From the human T2T-CHM13v2.0 reference genome, Homo sapiens, in NCBI RefSeq assembly GCF_009914755.1, contig NC_060939.1: a stretch of DNA of 64,000 nt; one strand, given 5' to 3'. The position numbers and the translations under genes were made by a program. Shown piece by piece: positions 22,895 to 36,780 of this stretch. How positions within the stretch are numbered: position 1 is the first letter of the stretch; each line of letters starts with the position of its first letter. The notes beneath the pieces were generated by a model that was not told the origin of the DNA, ran no database searches, and was given only the letters and a program-made list of their open reading frames with translations.

Positions 22895-23169
22895 CTGATT
22901 GGGTCCGGCAAGACCATCCCATCCTCAGAGCCCCAGCCCCTCCTTCAACGTCTAAACAGATCCCTCCTCTTCTCAGTGACCTCCCTTTCCAAGCCTGCCT
23001 GAGCGGCTGTTCTGTGACTTGACAGTGGCTCCCCCAGCCCCAAAGCCAGCCCCCTACATCTGCGACTTAGTCTGTTGTAGTGGTGAGCTGACACATCCAG
23101 GTGTGACCACTGCTGAAAACTTGTGCCCCCTTTGTGATATGTCCCGTCCTGCTCTATAAATATCTATAA

Positions 23170-23175
<6 letters not shown>
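22895..23175 (+). pseudogene. DNM1 last exon ([20 protein letters not shown]-like) and 3' UTR remnant
   Basis: Long polypyrimidine tract then ccag| at 22894. c tga ttg ggt ccg gca aga cca tcc cat cct cag agc ccc agc ccc tcc ttc aac gtc taa (stop 22953-22955; first full codon mutated to TGA). DNM1-like UTR acagatccctcctcttctc...tctataaatatctataaatac follows. Confidence 0.8.
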
Positions 23176-23216
<41 letters not shown>

Positions 23217-23226
23217 CACACACACA
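23174..23226. repeat. (TA)n/(CA)n microsatellite
   Basis: Direct dinucleotide run. Confidence 0.95.
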
Positions 23227-24125
23227 TGCAGCAACACCTGGCCGACCGCCTCGTCTCTAGCGCTGGGAATCAGTCACCCTGCTGTCCTTTTGGAGTCTTG
23301 TGGCCCAACAAGAGAAAGCTGTCCCCTGACATTGCTCCTCCAAAGTGCGCCACCTCCAGTGAGCCTCCCTGTCATGCCCAGCCTGTGGACAGCCAGCCCC
23401 TCCATCCCTCCCACCCCCCACCAAGCATGGGGGTGCTGTGCAGGCCTCTGTGTGGCCTGACAGTCTCTACCAGTCCTGCTGTCCCTTGGCTGAGAATCAA
23501 ACCCATTTCTGGATGGCAGGGAAGTGTGTCCTCTGCTGGCTGTGTTCTGTGTGGAGCTCAGAGGACGGGAAAGGCCAAGCCATTTCTAGGGTGCTGTTGG
23601 GAGCTGTGAAAAGGTCACACCCTTTCCAAGGGACACTTTTCCTGGAAAGCCCCTGGAGCTTAGCTGGCTCTTATCCTGTGAAGCCGGCTCTGGCCACCAG
23701 GGGGCAGGGCCGTGAACTCAGCCTGGAGGGAGCCTGAGGGGCAGCCGGCACTCTGGAGGGACACAGACATAACAGGCCACCAGGTGCAGACAGGAGAGGG
23801 AGGCAAGGGGATGGAACGGAAGACACCTGGGGTGGGTGGAAGGCAGTGCCCTTAGGTGCTGGTACCTGTCTTCCCAGCCATGGCTAGATCACGCTTCTGA
23901 GCCTGTTGGCTGTCAGGGCCGGGCTGCGCCCCATAGGTGCCATGGCAGTCCCCGTGGAATCCCCCAGGCGTCACCAGGCAGCATACAGGTAACAGGCCTG
24001 GAAGGTCCCCAACAGCCCAGCTGGACACACTCAGACACTCCAGGGCTTCTCGTTCAGTGGCACAAACACCAGGACCCAGTGAGGGAAATGGGAACACACC
24101 AGGCTGAGCAGTATGGCTAAATCCG

Positions 24126-24131
24126 TTTATT
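24126..24131 (-). terminator. Polyadenylation signal AATAAA at the distal end of the golgin 3' UTR
   Basis: tttatt on + strand at the end of the GC-rich UTR-like segment facing the DNM1 3' end. Confidence 0.5.
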
Positions 24132-24754
24132 CCAAAATAAAAAGCAAAATAAACAGGAGTCGCATCACCAGGAGCCATGACCCCATCCCCGCCTCCTTTC
24201 TCTGTCCTGTGCTAGCAATACATAAGTTTCCCAGCCACAAATAATGATCAGACCCTCCTCCCCATGTGCCAGCTCCAACCTCCTCTAGGTATGATACAGG
24301 GGCGGCCCTACCCTCTGGAATATACAAAACGTTACATAGATACAATATGTAAACCGGGAAGGGGGGCCACCCCAGCAGCCCGTGCCCTCACCTGGTCCAC
24401 AGTTAGCCCCACTGTCCCGCCTCAGCTGCCTCTCTGAATAAGAAGATGGGAGCCCCCCCGAGGGAAAAGTTACTATGGTGAGAGTAAGGAGGCCATCAGA
24501 CCTCCTCCAAACAAACCACCTCTGCCAGCCTCTGGCTCTTAAATAACAATCATCATCATCCAGAAATTTGAGGACTCAGCCCTGGTCAAGGCGGCAAAGG
24601 GTCTGTCTTTCCCCATTAGACAGAGGTCTTGTGTGGCTACCCTAATTGTAAAGGGGTGACTGGGAAGGGGTGGTAGGGTCATGGTGGCAGTGGAGACTCC
24701 AGCCCTACTTCTCCAGGCTTTGCTGACAGAGGCCTGCTTTTAATTTTTGTTTTT

Positions 24755-27700
24755 ATCCCATGACTTTTTTTAAAATCCCGTAACTTCTTTTTCATAACTT
24801 TTTTTGTAACTTTTCATAAAATTTTTTTCTACTTTTTTGCCACAACTTTTTTACATTTTTTATCCCATAACTTTTTCACTCTGTAACATTTTTTAATCCC
24901 GTAACTTTTTTATTTTGTGTTCTTTTAACAAACACTTGCATAGCTATATTACAATTTTGTAAAAATGAAACAGATTATCTCATGCCAAGCGTGCCCAGCA
25001 TTTGCACACTATCAACACCTTTAATACTATAGTTTTTCAAGACATGCAAAACAAAATTTTAAGTCAAAAACAGCGCTTTGCAACATTTAATAATTTATTA
25101 CATTACAGTAGCATCACACTAGCAGTCAATAATGCCACTTTAGGCAAAAGTTTTTCAGTATTTCCATTATACCTTCTGTTTACAAGAATTCATAAATTGG
25201 TAAAATTCATTCTAAGAAAACTTGGCAAATAAAGCTTTGGACTGGAATTGGCATTTCTTTCTCTACTTTTCCTTTCCACCATTTCTTTCTTTTAAACTAT
25301 AGCATTCATATTTTAAAATGTTTTATTTCAGAACTTTAAGATAGCAGTTACATTTTTTAATAGTTACATTATTTTTAAATGACTCTTTAAGATAAAGTTT
25401 TAGAGAAACTGTATTATGGATAGGGCTGATTTACATTTTCAAATTTTCTAAAAATCAGCTTTGGTTTTAGAACTGATTTCTTTTTTTCATTTCTGGAAAA
25501 CCTATCAGGTTTAATCAAATACTTTAAAAATAATTATTATATATTGCAATCTTTAAATAGGTGTTTTGATTATTCCTGCAGAAATTCAAATTGATTCAGT
25601 TGAACTAGCATTTTAAAATTCTATGTTTCTGATGAACTCTAACCTTCCTTCTAAGCAAATCAAAAGCTGCATTGTACTGAATGAGGAAGAGCACAAATAC
25701 TTGGCTCAATGAGGTATCGCAAAAGACTGTATGCACTTTGAAGAAAGACAAGTTAGTCATATGATTTCCATTCTTTTTAGCTTTCTCTTAAATATATGAC
25801 AAATACTTACACAAAGAGTGGTATTTCAGTTAATGTAGTAAATTTATTTCCAGACTGACGTTCAGCTTAAATATGCCAGTATGTGATTTAATCCATAGGC
25901 ACCTGATGAACACATTATTGTCAGATTGGTTACAGATGCTAAACGCTATCTGAAGGTCATTCGTAGTCATTGATATTTATCAGGGTAAAAGTGAAGTGAT
26001 TTCAACAATAAAAGTACCTTTGAAATAATTTACCAATGTATTAGATAAACCCAGTTTCAGAATGATAAAGAAAAAACGTTAGGCCAAATAGATGTGGCTA
26101 ATTAACAGTGGTATGATTTCTAGCCTGAGGGTTTAAAATGGACTTAAAGTAACTGTCTTTAAACTGAACTCAAAGAATGCAAAAGCAGCAAGTTCAGAAA
26201 ATAAAAGGCAAGAACAGAACTTTAGGTCCATTTTAAACCCATGGGCTAGAAATCGTACCATTGTTAATTAGCTGCATTATTTGGTCTAACATTTTTTCTT
26301 TGTCATTCTGAAACTGGGTTTATCTAATACATTGATACATTCATACAATTTGGAAGAGTCAGTTGAAGTCACAAGGACCCAATATTTGCGCTCTTGCAGT
26401 GAATGCAGGCAAATCTGTTATTCCATCGGTAAAATCATATTGTTGCTCTCCTGTTAATGTCATATTTAGAAAAGTATCATGAGGACGCCAAATGCTAAAA
26501 ATGGAGATGGTCTAGTAACTAGAAATCCCCACCCCAGGGAGCGCACATACACATCTCCCTACATCCTAATAATGTGATGTGTTTTGGAACACAGACATTA
26601 GAACTTCATGAAGTTTGAACTGTTGAGTCTTTCCCAAGCATCATCAAGTTATGATTTAGGCAATGTATGACTGAAATCATTTGTTCATCATGCATAGGCA
26701 CAATCACATAAATATTGCACAAAATATGTCCCTAACTGAAACCGAGAGGTACAAAAACATATTTCACTCTTAGTAAACAAGTTTGTCAGGAAATATAACT
26801 CTGTGATTGTATAGACACATTTCCTGATAATACATTGACATTCACAAACAGTAGATTGCACTGCAGTTTATAAACATTTTAAATTGCATAAACTTCTCCT
26901 TGATTTTCAAATATAATATGCTGTCTATAAAATACTGTCTACTAAAACTCCTTTTTATTTCAACTAAGTACTCTCACTTATATTAGTTTATAATAATGTT
27001 TGTTATTATTTTTTAAAGTGTTTTCCATTCAAGGAAAAGAAGTAAATTCCTATGTCAGAGTAAGCAAGGTGGTTGAAGAATAGGTATTAGCCACAGAGGT
27101 CTAGATGGTAAAAATCAATCTTCAAGCCTCAAAGAAGCTCCATGAACAGAGAGGAATGCCAGGTGTCACAAGCTTTCCTTCACTCTAATTCATTCTTGAC
27201 TAGAGCCTGTATGCCTGTTCCAGGGACATTTAAACTCCTAAAGGATTTCTTATGATCTTTACTAAATAAGAAGAATGCCAGCCAGCACTCTTTTGTGTAC
27301 TGGGACATGTGGTCATGTGATTAAAACAGGTAACATCAACTCTGACTTTAAAATGTATTATAGACACAAATGCTCTAAGCTAGGAAATGTTTTCCACATC
27401 TACAGTCAACGAAGGGAGCCTTTCGTTCCTCAGAAATGATCGGTTTTTAGGTCATCGAGAAAGAGTACAACTGCTGCAGCTCATGATGCAATATCTTCAT
27501 GAGCCCAGAGCACATACAAATCCGAAGGGAACTACCATAGTACAGCGCTAACTGTTGGCACCGGAACAAATGAAACACACTCTATCCTGCACATACCTGC
27601 CACGGCAGGCCACTTTCCTCTTCTGTGAGATTTTAAAAGCTCCCCCAAAATGTTATTACTCCCATCGCCAATACACAGAAAATAGGGGAAAGGCTGTTTC

Positions 27701-28198
27701 CAGTTCTCAGCCTTTAAACAACTCTAAATGTCAGTACTCATAGTGCCATATTACAAAGTAATAAAAAGTGCACACTTGGGGGCAAACCACATATTGAGCT
27801 AATGAAGAGGTCACTGTGATTAAGATTAGATCAAACAATAGCAGAACATAAGCAAATTTTATCTGAATTCCGTAATGAATATACATGCTGCAATAACATT
27901 AAAAAAGCATGGCAGCCTATTCCAAACCAGCAAGAATAATTTTGTGCAAATAGTGGGTCTTTGTGTATTTGAACTCCCACCACATAAGGGCAAACTCGAT
28001 ATGCATGCTAATGACCTACAACTATGAAACTAAAAAAGAAAAATGCTGAAGGATGCCAGAGTGAACATCAGTGAAAGCCACAGAGACCCACTCTCCTTTA
28101 ACTTTTTACAAATAAACTTAAACTATAAATTACAAACACAAATAATCATGAGTGGCTCTAACATTCAAGTGAAGTAAATGAATTGGGTAGGAGATGAA
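24755..28198 (-). other. ~3.4 kb AT-rich, intronless insert in the golgin 3' UTR (probably a retroposed 3' UTR; ITSN2/SH3P18-derived by recollection of LCR15 content)
   Basis: Abrupt AT-rich block with a degenerate T-rich tail (A-rich on minus) at 24755-24925. Motif ccc(a/g)t(a/g)acttttt occurs at both ends. Confidence 0.55.
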
Positions 28199-29785
28199 CC
28201 CCATAACTTTTTTTCCTTTTTTAAAATTTCTTGAGCAGCTCTTTGATGATGGTGATGTTTATCTCCTTCTTCTCAGCAGCCAAGCCCAGCGAAAGAATGG
28301 CATACGGGAGTTGCTGCACAAGCCTGGGTGCTCCACGCTGTCAGTGAGGCTCACCTCACAAAGATCTTTGGAGAGAAGGAGGTGGGGATCCGAGTGCAGT
28401 GAGAGCCTCCCCTGCCCCTGCCTGCCCACCCTGCCTGAGGACTCTACTCACCACCATGCTTGTCAGCACCCACAAGCTCCTGGGGGGCTGGGGCTCCTGG
28501 ACCAGGCTCATCAGCAAGCTTCAGGGCAGTGGCCGGGAAATTTGCTGTGTCCCTCGTTGTAGTCACCACAAGCCACAACATCGTCTCCAGCAGCTCCAGC
28601 AGCTTCACCTGGAGGGAGGGGTGCTCAGCTGTTATGCATCTACCGGCGCCCACCCTCACGCCCACCCCCACCCCTGCAGAGATGTTGCACACCCTACCTT
28701 CATCTCTTCCTTGTCCTGGACCAGCCTGATGATGTCCTCCTCCAGTTGCCGCATCTTTGGTACTGCCCCCTGGCTCTGTTCAAAGGTGATGAACTTTCCT
28801 GTGGGAGGACAGGACTCTGACGCTGAGGCCCCTCCAACAGCCCTGCAGCTCCCGCTGCCGTGCCCTGGCCTCCCGCTCACTGATGGCTTCTGTCTTTCCA
28901 GTACTGGATGAATCAAAGTTCTAGCTTCTCCACTCGCTCCCTCAGGTCCGCCTTCTCCTCCAGGAGGTCCATAAGGCCACTCTGGAGCCAAAATAATGGG
29001 TTCACATCTCGGCAGTGACCTGCCCCACCCCTGCCCTTCTTGGTCCATGCCAGGACTCACTCACCTCCAGCTTCTCCATGACCTCCTGCATAGCCTGGTG
29101 GGTCTCCCCACTCACAGAGTCACCCCCAGTCACTGGGGCTGGGACCGCTGCCTCTGGCTTCTTCTGGACTGAGGCCACCAGGTGAGCCATGCGCTGGCAG
29201 CACACCCTCTGCTCTTTCACCTGCTCTCGTAACCGTGCCTGCTCCTCCTGGGCATTGGCTCCAGCGGAGTTGAAAAATGCAACCTGAGGGCAAGAGGTGA
29301 GCATTATTGTAGAGGCATACACAGAACAAACAGGGCAGAGAGGTGGAGTGCAGCCCCTTCCCTTGGGGTCTCAGAGAGTGCATCTGTTGGTCACAGGTGA
29401 AATGGTGTCTGACCACTGGCTCCCGGAAAGGGTGAGTGTCCAGAGAAATCAGAAGGCAGGGAAACCAAGAGCATAAAGGGGTCTTGGAGGGACCACAGAG
29501 GGAGGTGGCAAAATGGGTACAGGGGGAGTCAGGCTCACCGTGGCCTCCCAGCTCTCCAGGTGCTCCGGGTTGCTCGGCATGGGCCGAGGTGCCTCCTCCT
29601 CCTCACTGTCCAGATGTCCTCCTCCATCTCCTGTGGGGGGTGGCCAGAAGGGTCCTCAGACAACCCAACAAGGGGGGTACTGTGGGCCCACCGCTGCCTC
29701 CACCCTCACTGTGTAACCCTGAGCCAGCCACTACCCAGAGAGAAATGAGCTGCTGTTCTTTATTTTTACTTTTAAGAACCAAGAT

Positions 29786-29939
29786 CAGGCATAATCCCAC
29801 TACGGTCAGTGCGGGAGTTCTGACCTGCTCCCTTTCTGACCTGGGCCAGTTCAGCCATCCTTAGGCAACTTGGTGGCCCCCTGCTCCCAGGAGGTCACCA
29901 TATTGATGCTGAACTTAGTGCGGGCACCCGGTCGGCATA
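29786..29939 (-). pseudogene. 7SL (SRP RNA) pseudogene fragment, S-domain only
   Basis: Reverse complement TATGCCGACCGGGTGCCCGCACTAAGTTCAGCATCAATATGGTGACCTCC...CAGGTCAGAAAGGGAGCAGGTCAGAACTCCCG...GTAGTGGGATTATGCCTG matches the central non-Alu part of RN7SL. Confidence 0.9.
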
Positions 29940-30853
29940 AGGACCAGCTGTTCTAAAGGTCTCTTCCATCTCCTCAATCCTATGCTGCTAACAGTCCCCA
30001 CTTCCTCCTGGAGCTCTCTCCTCTTCCTCTGGGCAGTCTCCCTTACCTTCCCCAGGGAGAGCCATGAGGCTCAACTGGGCCTGTAGGGGCTGGTTTTGCT
30101 GGCTGGCAGCTTCCAGGCACTCCTAAGGGGCCAGGAAAGGGTGAGAAGGCACAGAGTTTGCCAGGTTGTCCCCCTTAGGGCCCCAGCCTCAGCAGCTCCC
30201 TCCCCTGGGTCTCCTGCAACTTTTGGCGGGCCAGGTCGGCTATCGCTTTGCCTCGAGCTTCCTGCTGATGCAGCTGGTTCATTAGCTGGGTCTGCTGCAG
30301 TAACTGGCTGTGCAGTGCCTCCTCAGAGGTCAGCTGCTGATAGGCGGCCACCTGCTCCTGACAGGTGGCCACATACTGCTGCAGGTGACCCAGGTAATAA
30401 TCTGGGTGCTGCTGCAGACTCTGAGCCTCTCGGCTCTTCAGCTCCACCTGCAGGAAGACCCTGGGTGTGAGGGCTTGTGGTTGCTGGCTTCCAGATTCTG
30501 GGCCCATTAATAGGGTAGTGAGGGCATTGTGGGGCTCTGTCGCCTGCCCAGGCCCCTGGCCCCTTGCTCCAGGCCTAAGTGACTGCCTCCTTTTCCTAGA
30601 ACCCCATGCCTCCTTCCCCAGCCTCAAATCTCATATCCTCTTCTCACCATTTAAACTGTAGGCCACAGACTGGTGGAAAAGCACTGGGAGCCAACCACCA
30701 TCTGCTAATGCTTTCCAAGTATTATCTCAGTTAATCCTCAGCACGTCTGTAAGGAAAATGTTAACTTCCTTCTGAAGTTAAGTGAACAGAGACTTAGAGA
30801 TGCAAAGTACTTGAATGGTGACCAGTGGAACCGAGGCTGGAATCCAGTTTTAA

Positions 30854-31169
<316 letters not shown>

Positions 31170-33239
31170 ATAAGGAGCCTCTTATACCACTGTCTCTTCC
31201 CCTGTGACTGGGGCCTCCATGCCGCTAGCTGAGATGATGATGTCTAGACCTGGGAGGAGCCCAGGGCTACCCACCTCTAAAAGTCAGAAGGCAGGAAGCA
31301 AGAAATAGTCACAGGACTGCCCTGGAGGGTGCTGAGGTCACCTGCCCACAGGCTAGTGCTGCCTCTGGCCTGGCACCTCCCCTCCCAACAGGCTGGTGCC
31401 CGCCTCCCAGCCCTTCTTGGATGGGGCAGAGGTTACTGTCTCCTTCACCTCGCCAAGCTTCTCCTGCAGCTCCTCTACTTGCTGCTCCAACTGCAGTGCA
31501 CTTTTGTTCTTGTTCTGGACAGAGAGAAGCAATCAGCAGCCACCCATTGCAGCTGGAGACCCCAGAACTTGGTGTCTGCCTCCCATGGCACCGGGAAGGG
31601 TGGAGGCAGGTTAGAAAAATCATCCCGTCTCCCACAGCCACCAGAGCACGGCTCTGGCTCACAGGTGCCTTTAGAAGTAACGTTTCACTTGAGGGCTACA
31701 CTGCCCCATTTTACAGGTGGGGAAACAAAGGCCTGGAGGGCTAGGGAGGAGGGCAGGCTCCCTAGGTGGGGCAACGCACCAGCTCCTCGAAGCTACTCTG
31801 TGGCTCGGCCAGCTGCTGAGGCCTCGCGTCCTGCTCCCGAAGCCTCTCATCCTGCTCCTGAAGCCTCTCCTTTTGCCCCAATATCAGGACACTCATGCGC
31901 TTATTGTTGTCCACCTGGGCTTGGAGTTCTGCTGCCACTCTCTCAACCTCCTTCCTCAGGTGCTGCAGCTCCACCTCAGAGGGCACTCCTGGAGGCTCCG
32001 GGAGCAGGGGTTCAGCTGAGAAAGGAAGCAGACAATAAAGGCCTCTGGATTCTCAAAAAAACAAACAAAAGAAAAACCCTCCTCTTGGTGCACAGCTCCT
32101 CTCAGGCTCCCCGAACTTGGCCTCACTGCTACTGATTCCTCACACCCAGATGGTAGCCAATCTTCCAAGCCACTTTCAGATAGAGAGCACTGTGGGTGGC
32201 TGACAACGGGCCCTCTTTGCTGATGGGGACACTGAGGATCATGGAGATGACAAGACTTGCTGTCTCTGGCACAGACCTCTTTCCTTCTGCCTCAAAGCCC
32301 TTCCATTGACCCACCTCTCTGGGGCATTCTAAGCCACTCCCACAGCCCTCTGATGCCAGTCCTGCTCCCAGGTCATGCCAGCCCCATCTTACCCATCTGG
32401 TTTTTGAGTTTGGACAAGCTCCTCTCCAGCTTCTCTCCCCGATGTGTTTCATACTTCTCCTTCTTCAATGTGTGAACCTGCCCAAACCACAGGGGTAAAG
32501 AGCCCTGGAGAGAGGGGCTGGTGGCTGGACAGGCTGCCATCTCCCTCTCTGCCCCCACCTCCACAAAGCCCAGACCCAGGACCACCTCTGGCTGTACTAT
32601 TCCCATTTTACAGATGCCCAGAAAGATCCAGTGACTTATCTAAGGTGGGGGGTTGAAGGGTCAGATCTCACCTCCTGCGACATTTTCCTCATCCTCTGCT
32701 GCTCTGCTGCCACTGGGCCCTCTCTTCTTTTATATGTTGAGCATATTCATCTCTCTCTAGCCGGATTTGTTTAAGCAACTCCTTCAACTGCAAGAATGGG
32801 CACAGAAGTTAGGAAGGGCTGTCACTGGTCCTCAGCTGCTCCTGGCCACCTGGCTCATCTTCCTTCCACATCCCTCCCACTGCAAAACCTCACCCATGTA
32901 GTGTGTGCATTCAGCAGTGCCTGCTCCTGTATGGACCACTCTAACTACCACTCGATAACTGCTTTACTGCGGCTCAAGGTCTGAAGGTGAAGAGTGAGAA
33001 GTTTCGATCTGGAGAGCCCAGGCCATTCCACACAGTGCCCCTTAAAAGGCCTGGGCTAGGCTCAGTATACAACTTTGTCAGTAAAGATCAAGGCCTTTCC
33101 AAGCTCGTGGTATGGTTTTTTAAAAGAACTCAGTCAAGTTGGAAGGGACAGGGAAAGAGATTGAATTTACAGCTGGCTAACAGAGGCCCAGAGAGATCAG
33201 ATAATATTGCTTTGTAATTACTGTTATTGCTACCACTGT

Positions 33240-33430
33240 TTGAACATTTATGGAGTGCTTCACCAGATACCATGCTGGCAATCCCATTTAATCCTTGCAA
33301 CCACCATAGGAGACAGTTACTATGATTACCTCTATTGTGTAGATGAAAACACATGGAGTATTCGAGGTTAAGTGCTTGCCTAAGATCACTTAGGCAGAGC
33401 TGGGATTTGAACACCCAGGTCTATGCAATT
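33240..33430 (-). mobile_element. MIR (diverged)
   Basis: aggttaagtgcttgcctaagatcac...gagctgggatttgaacacccagg is the MIR core motif. Confidence 0.65.
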
Positions 33431-36400
33431 CTCTAAGCCCATTTTTCTTGCTGGGGGTAGGGGCATAGATTGGAAGGGGAAAATTAATCTTTTGTTCACT
33501 TTTTGAATGGATGATACATTCGCATAGTCCAAAACTCAGAAGGTACAGAAGGGAAGTATCTCCCAGCCACCCTGTTGCTCTCTCCTGAGTTTTTTATGAA
33601 CCCTTGCACACATGTTTTATGTATATTATCATAGTACGTGCACACACACACACTCATGTTTCCTCTCTCTACAGAAATGGTAACATATTAAAGGTACTCT
33701 TCTGTACCTTCACAGTAGAAGTACCTAATACCCTATGTAGGACTTGGCCAACACCACAGCCAGGTAAGGGCAGGGCAGGCACTTGGCCTCCAAGCTCTGC
33801 GTCCAGTGCTTGCTCCCCACAGTGGCCCCCAACTCACCCACAGCAGCTGACTCAGCCCCAGGCTGCTCTAACAACCATACACAAAAGCAGCGGGAAATGG
33901 CCATGCTGCATTCTGGGCAGGACAGTCCATCCTGCAGAAGGGAACTTTAGGCTCACTCCTCCATCTAGGAAGCCAAGCTGCCAGGGGATGGGGCAAGTGG
34001 CTGAACTCACACTGTCCTCCTTCTTCTCCTGTGTGGTGGTGACAGCAAAGAGAGCCCGCTCTAACTCTGCTATACGCTGCAATGAATGTTGCAGGCGAAT
34101 GGCCAGACCCTTGGACTCATCTGTAATGAGAGATTTGAGATGGGACCCAAAGGACTCTCCCTAAAGACATGTCAAAGTGCCAGGCGGAAAGGTGACAGGG
34201 TGCCCAGATTCCTACCTTCAAAATACTTGAGAGAACGTTTCGTATGATATAGGTCCATATTTAGTTTCCCTTTCTGTGTGTTCAATCTCTGGATTTGAAC
34301 CTTTGGGAGAAAAGCCAAGCAAGTGCTGAAAGAGAAGGAAAGAAACATTCTCTGGAGGACAGGAGGGAACTGCACACCCTCCACTCACCTCTAGCTCCCT
34401 TTCGGCTTTCTGTTTCTCATTGTTTGCTTTCTTTTCCTATAGAAAGAGGAAGACAGAGCTCTTACCAGGGGGAGGCAGAGATGGCACAGCAAGAGACATG
34501 CCCCCAGAATGCCACCAATGCCCCAGGACAGGCCCATCTGTGGGACCAGGTTATCAGGGACCCTGTAGAGATGGGGTGGAATCTGAGGGGTGAGCCTTCT
34601 TTCCCAGGCTGGGAGTGGACAAGATGAGACTGGGGCCTCTACATCTGAGTGCCCCCCAAACCCAGCAGTCATGTCATGAGCAAACACAGAAATCACGTTA
34701 CTTCTTCCAGCTGATGTTCCACTTGTTTCTTCTGTTGCTCCTGTGGGGAGAGTCAAATTAAGGTGATGGAGGGTGGCCCCCTCAGCTCTATTCCCCAGAC
34801 CAGGAAGTGGTAGGCAGGGACCAGGAATGGATTTTAAAGGCAAAGTTCTCAGACCCAATGGGAACATGAACTGGTAAACTCTCTTCAAGCTCCCAAGGAC
34901 AGAGGATTTGGGTCTTTGTTGGCTTTCACCTACAGCCACAAAACTCAAAGTCGGAATCTGGAATCTCTTGAGAGGAGAGTAACATAAACCTCTAGAGATG
35001 GAGTTTGAGAAAGGCCCCTCCTTCTGCCAGCTTGTGATTTAGAAAAGTGCGTTCATTCAATAAATATTTACTGAGCCCGTACGGGCCAGGTACGGTTCTT
35101 CACAGCAGATATAGGGTGGAAAAGGACTGACAGGAGCCCTTGGCCCTGAGGTTTCCATTCTAGGGGGCCTTTAAATCTCGGACTTTCAGAGCTGACAGAG
35201 ACCTTTGATACTCACTACCTCCTCTCAAAACACAAGCCCAAAAAGGAAAGGTGGCTTGTCCAGAATCAAAGAGCAAATTAGGGACTGAGTCATGGCAGAA
35301 ATACGGGGCCGCTGAAAACCAGTCAGGCTAGCACTTCCCCGAGAGGCAACAACCCCAGGGCGTGTGTAGCAAGGACTCGAGCAGGGGTGTCTGGAGAGGA
35401 GAGAGTCGGCAAAGAGGGCAGCAAAAGAAGAGCCATGCTGCATGTTCTGGGGTCCCTCCAGGTGAGGCCTGGATGCCCCAGCTCCCTATTTGCCCTTGGC
35501 ACCAGGGGCCCCCAGCCCCTTTCTTCAGGGCCCCAAGGGGAAACGAGCCCAGGATTGGCAGCGTGGAATTGGGGGACCCCACTGGACTCTTACCAAAGAT
35601 TTGATGGTGTTCTTCAGTTGACTGATTTTTACAGACCTGGAGTCTGGGACTACTGCTGGTTCTTGGCATGGGCTCTGAGGCACATGCAGCGAGGAGGAGG
35701 TGCAGGAGGAGTGGAGTAGGGGAAGAGGTAGAGAGAACAATCATTAGGGCTGAGGTGTGTGTGGACTGTCTCAGGAGGCAGAGGGGCACCTAGTCCCCGC
35801 TGTGGGAGGAGGTTGGAGGGCTGGCCTGCAGGGTCACTGCACCTCCGCCCAGAGCCTCTTACCTCCAGATCCTTCAGGGTAGCAGATGATGTAGGGCCCT
35901 CCCCATGGACACCTGGTGCTGACTACAAGAGATGAGAGTGCACGTGGAGATGTTCTTTCCCCCTTAGTGTCTAAGCCCTCTGACTTCCTTTCTTCCCCAT
36001 CAACTGGCAACATTTTCTTTTCTGCCTATCTTGGACCCTTTCTCCCAAAACTCCTTTGTGCCAACTTCTCTCATGGTTCTTATCTCCCCACCATCCCACC
36101 CTGGGGCCCTTTCAGTGACTCCTGATGGCAAGTGGCTGTTCTCATTGTCCTGGCTTCCCCTTGAGACTGGGGATGAGGAAAATCAAACAGCAATGACCAT
36201 ATCCTGGGTGTCCTCAGTGTTTACAGCAGGCCATGTACTAGGGATTAACATAAAAACAACAATAACAAATCTCATTTAAACTTCACAAAAGGAAGTCAAA
36301 CAATACCACCTCTATCATACAGATGTGAAAAGAGAGGCCCAAAGAGCTCAAGCAACTTGCCCTAGCAGATGGAGAGGCAGGATTCAAACCCAGAATTCTT

Positions 36401-36780
36401 AACCAGTACCTAACAGTCCATCCACAATCCTAACAATTATCCTCTACTGCCCCTTGGGTCCCCTGTCCCCAGGAGCCTGGCCAGCCAAGACTCACATCCC
36501 CAGGTGAGTGGCCACCACCAGAGGTGGCTGTCTCAGGGCCACTGCCATTTGTTTTCCTGTTCCTCTCTGCTCCTGCTGGAACACCAGGGCTGTTTCTCTG
36601 CCAATATTCTTTTAACTGTGGGAAAGAAGAGCAGTAATACTCATGAGAACTATCAGCCACATCCTCCTTTATAATTTTTACAAAATACTCTTATACACCA
36701 TCTGATTTAATGACACCAACAACTGTACAAGGTGTTGTCACAATCATTTAGTGACTGAGAGGGATTGATATCATGGCTAG

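Larger units (their letters stand above)
339..23175 (+). pseudogene. DNM1P47: Dynamin-1 partial duplicated (unprocessed) pseudogene: GED exon expanded into a tandem array, plus intron, terminal exons and 3' UTR
   Basis: Translation [44 protein letters not shown] matches the DNM1 GED. Acceptor ctctcag at 332-338 and donor cag|gtacca at 21449/21450. DNM1 terminal-exon remnants lie downstream. Symbol assigned from recalled position beside OR4F6, not from an alignment. Confidence 0.85.
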
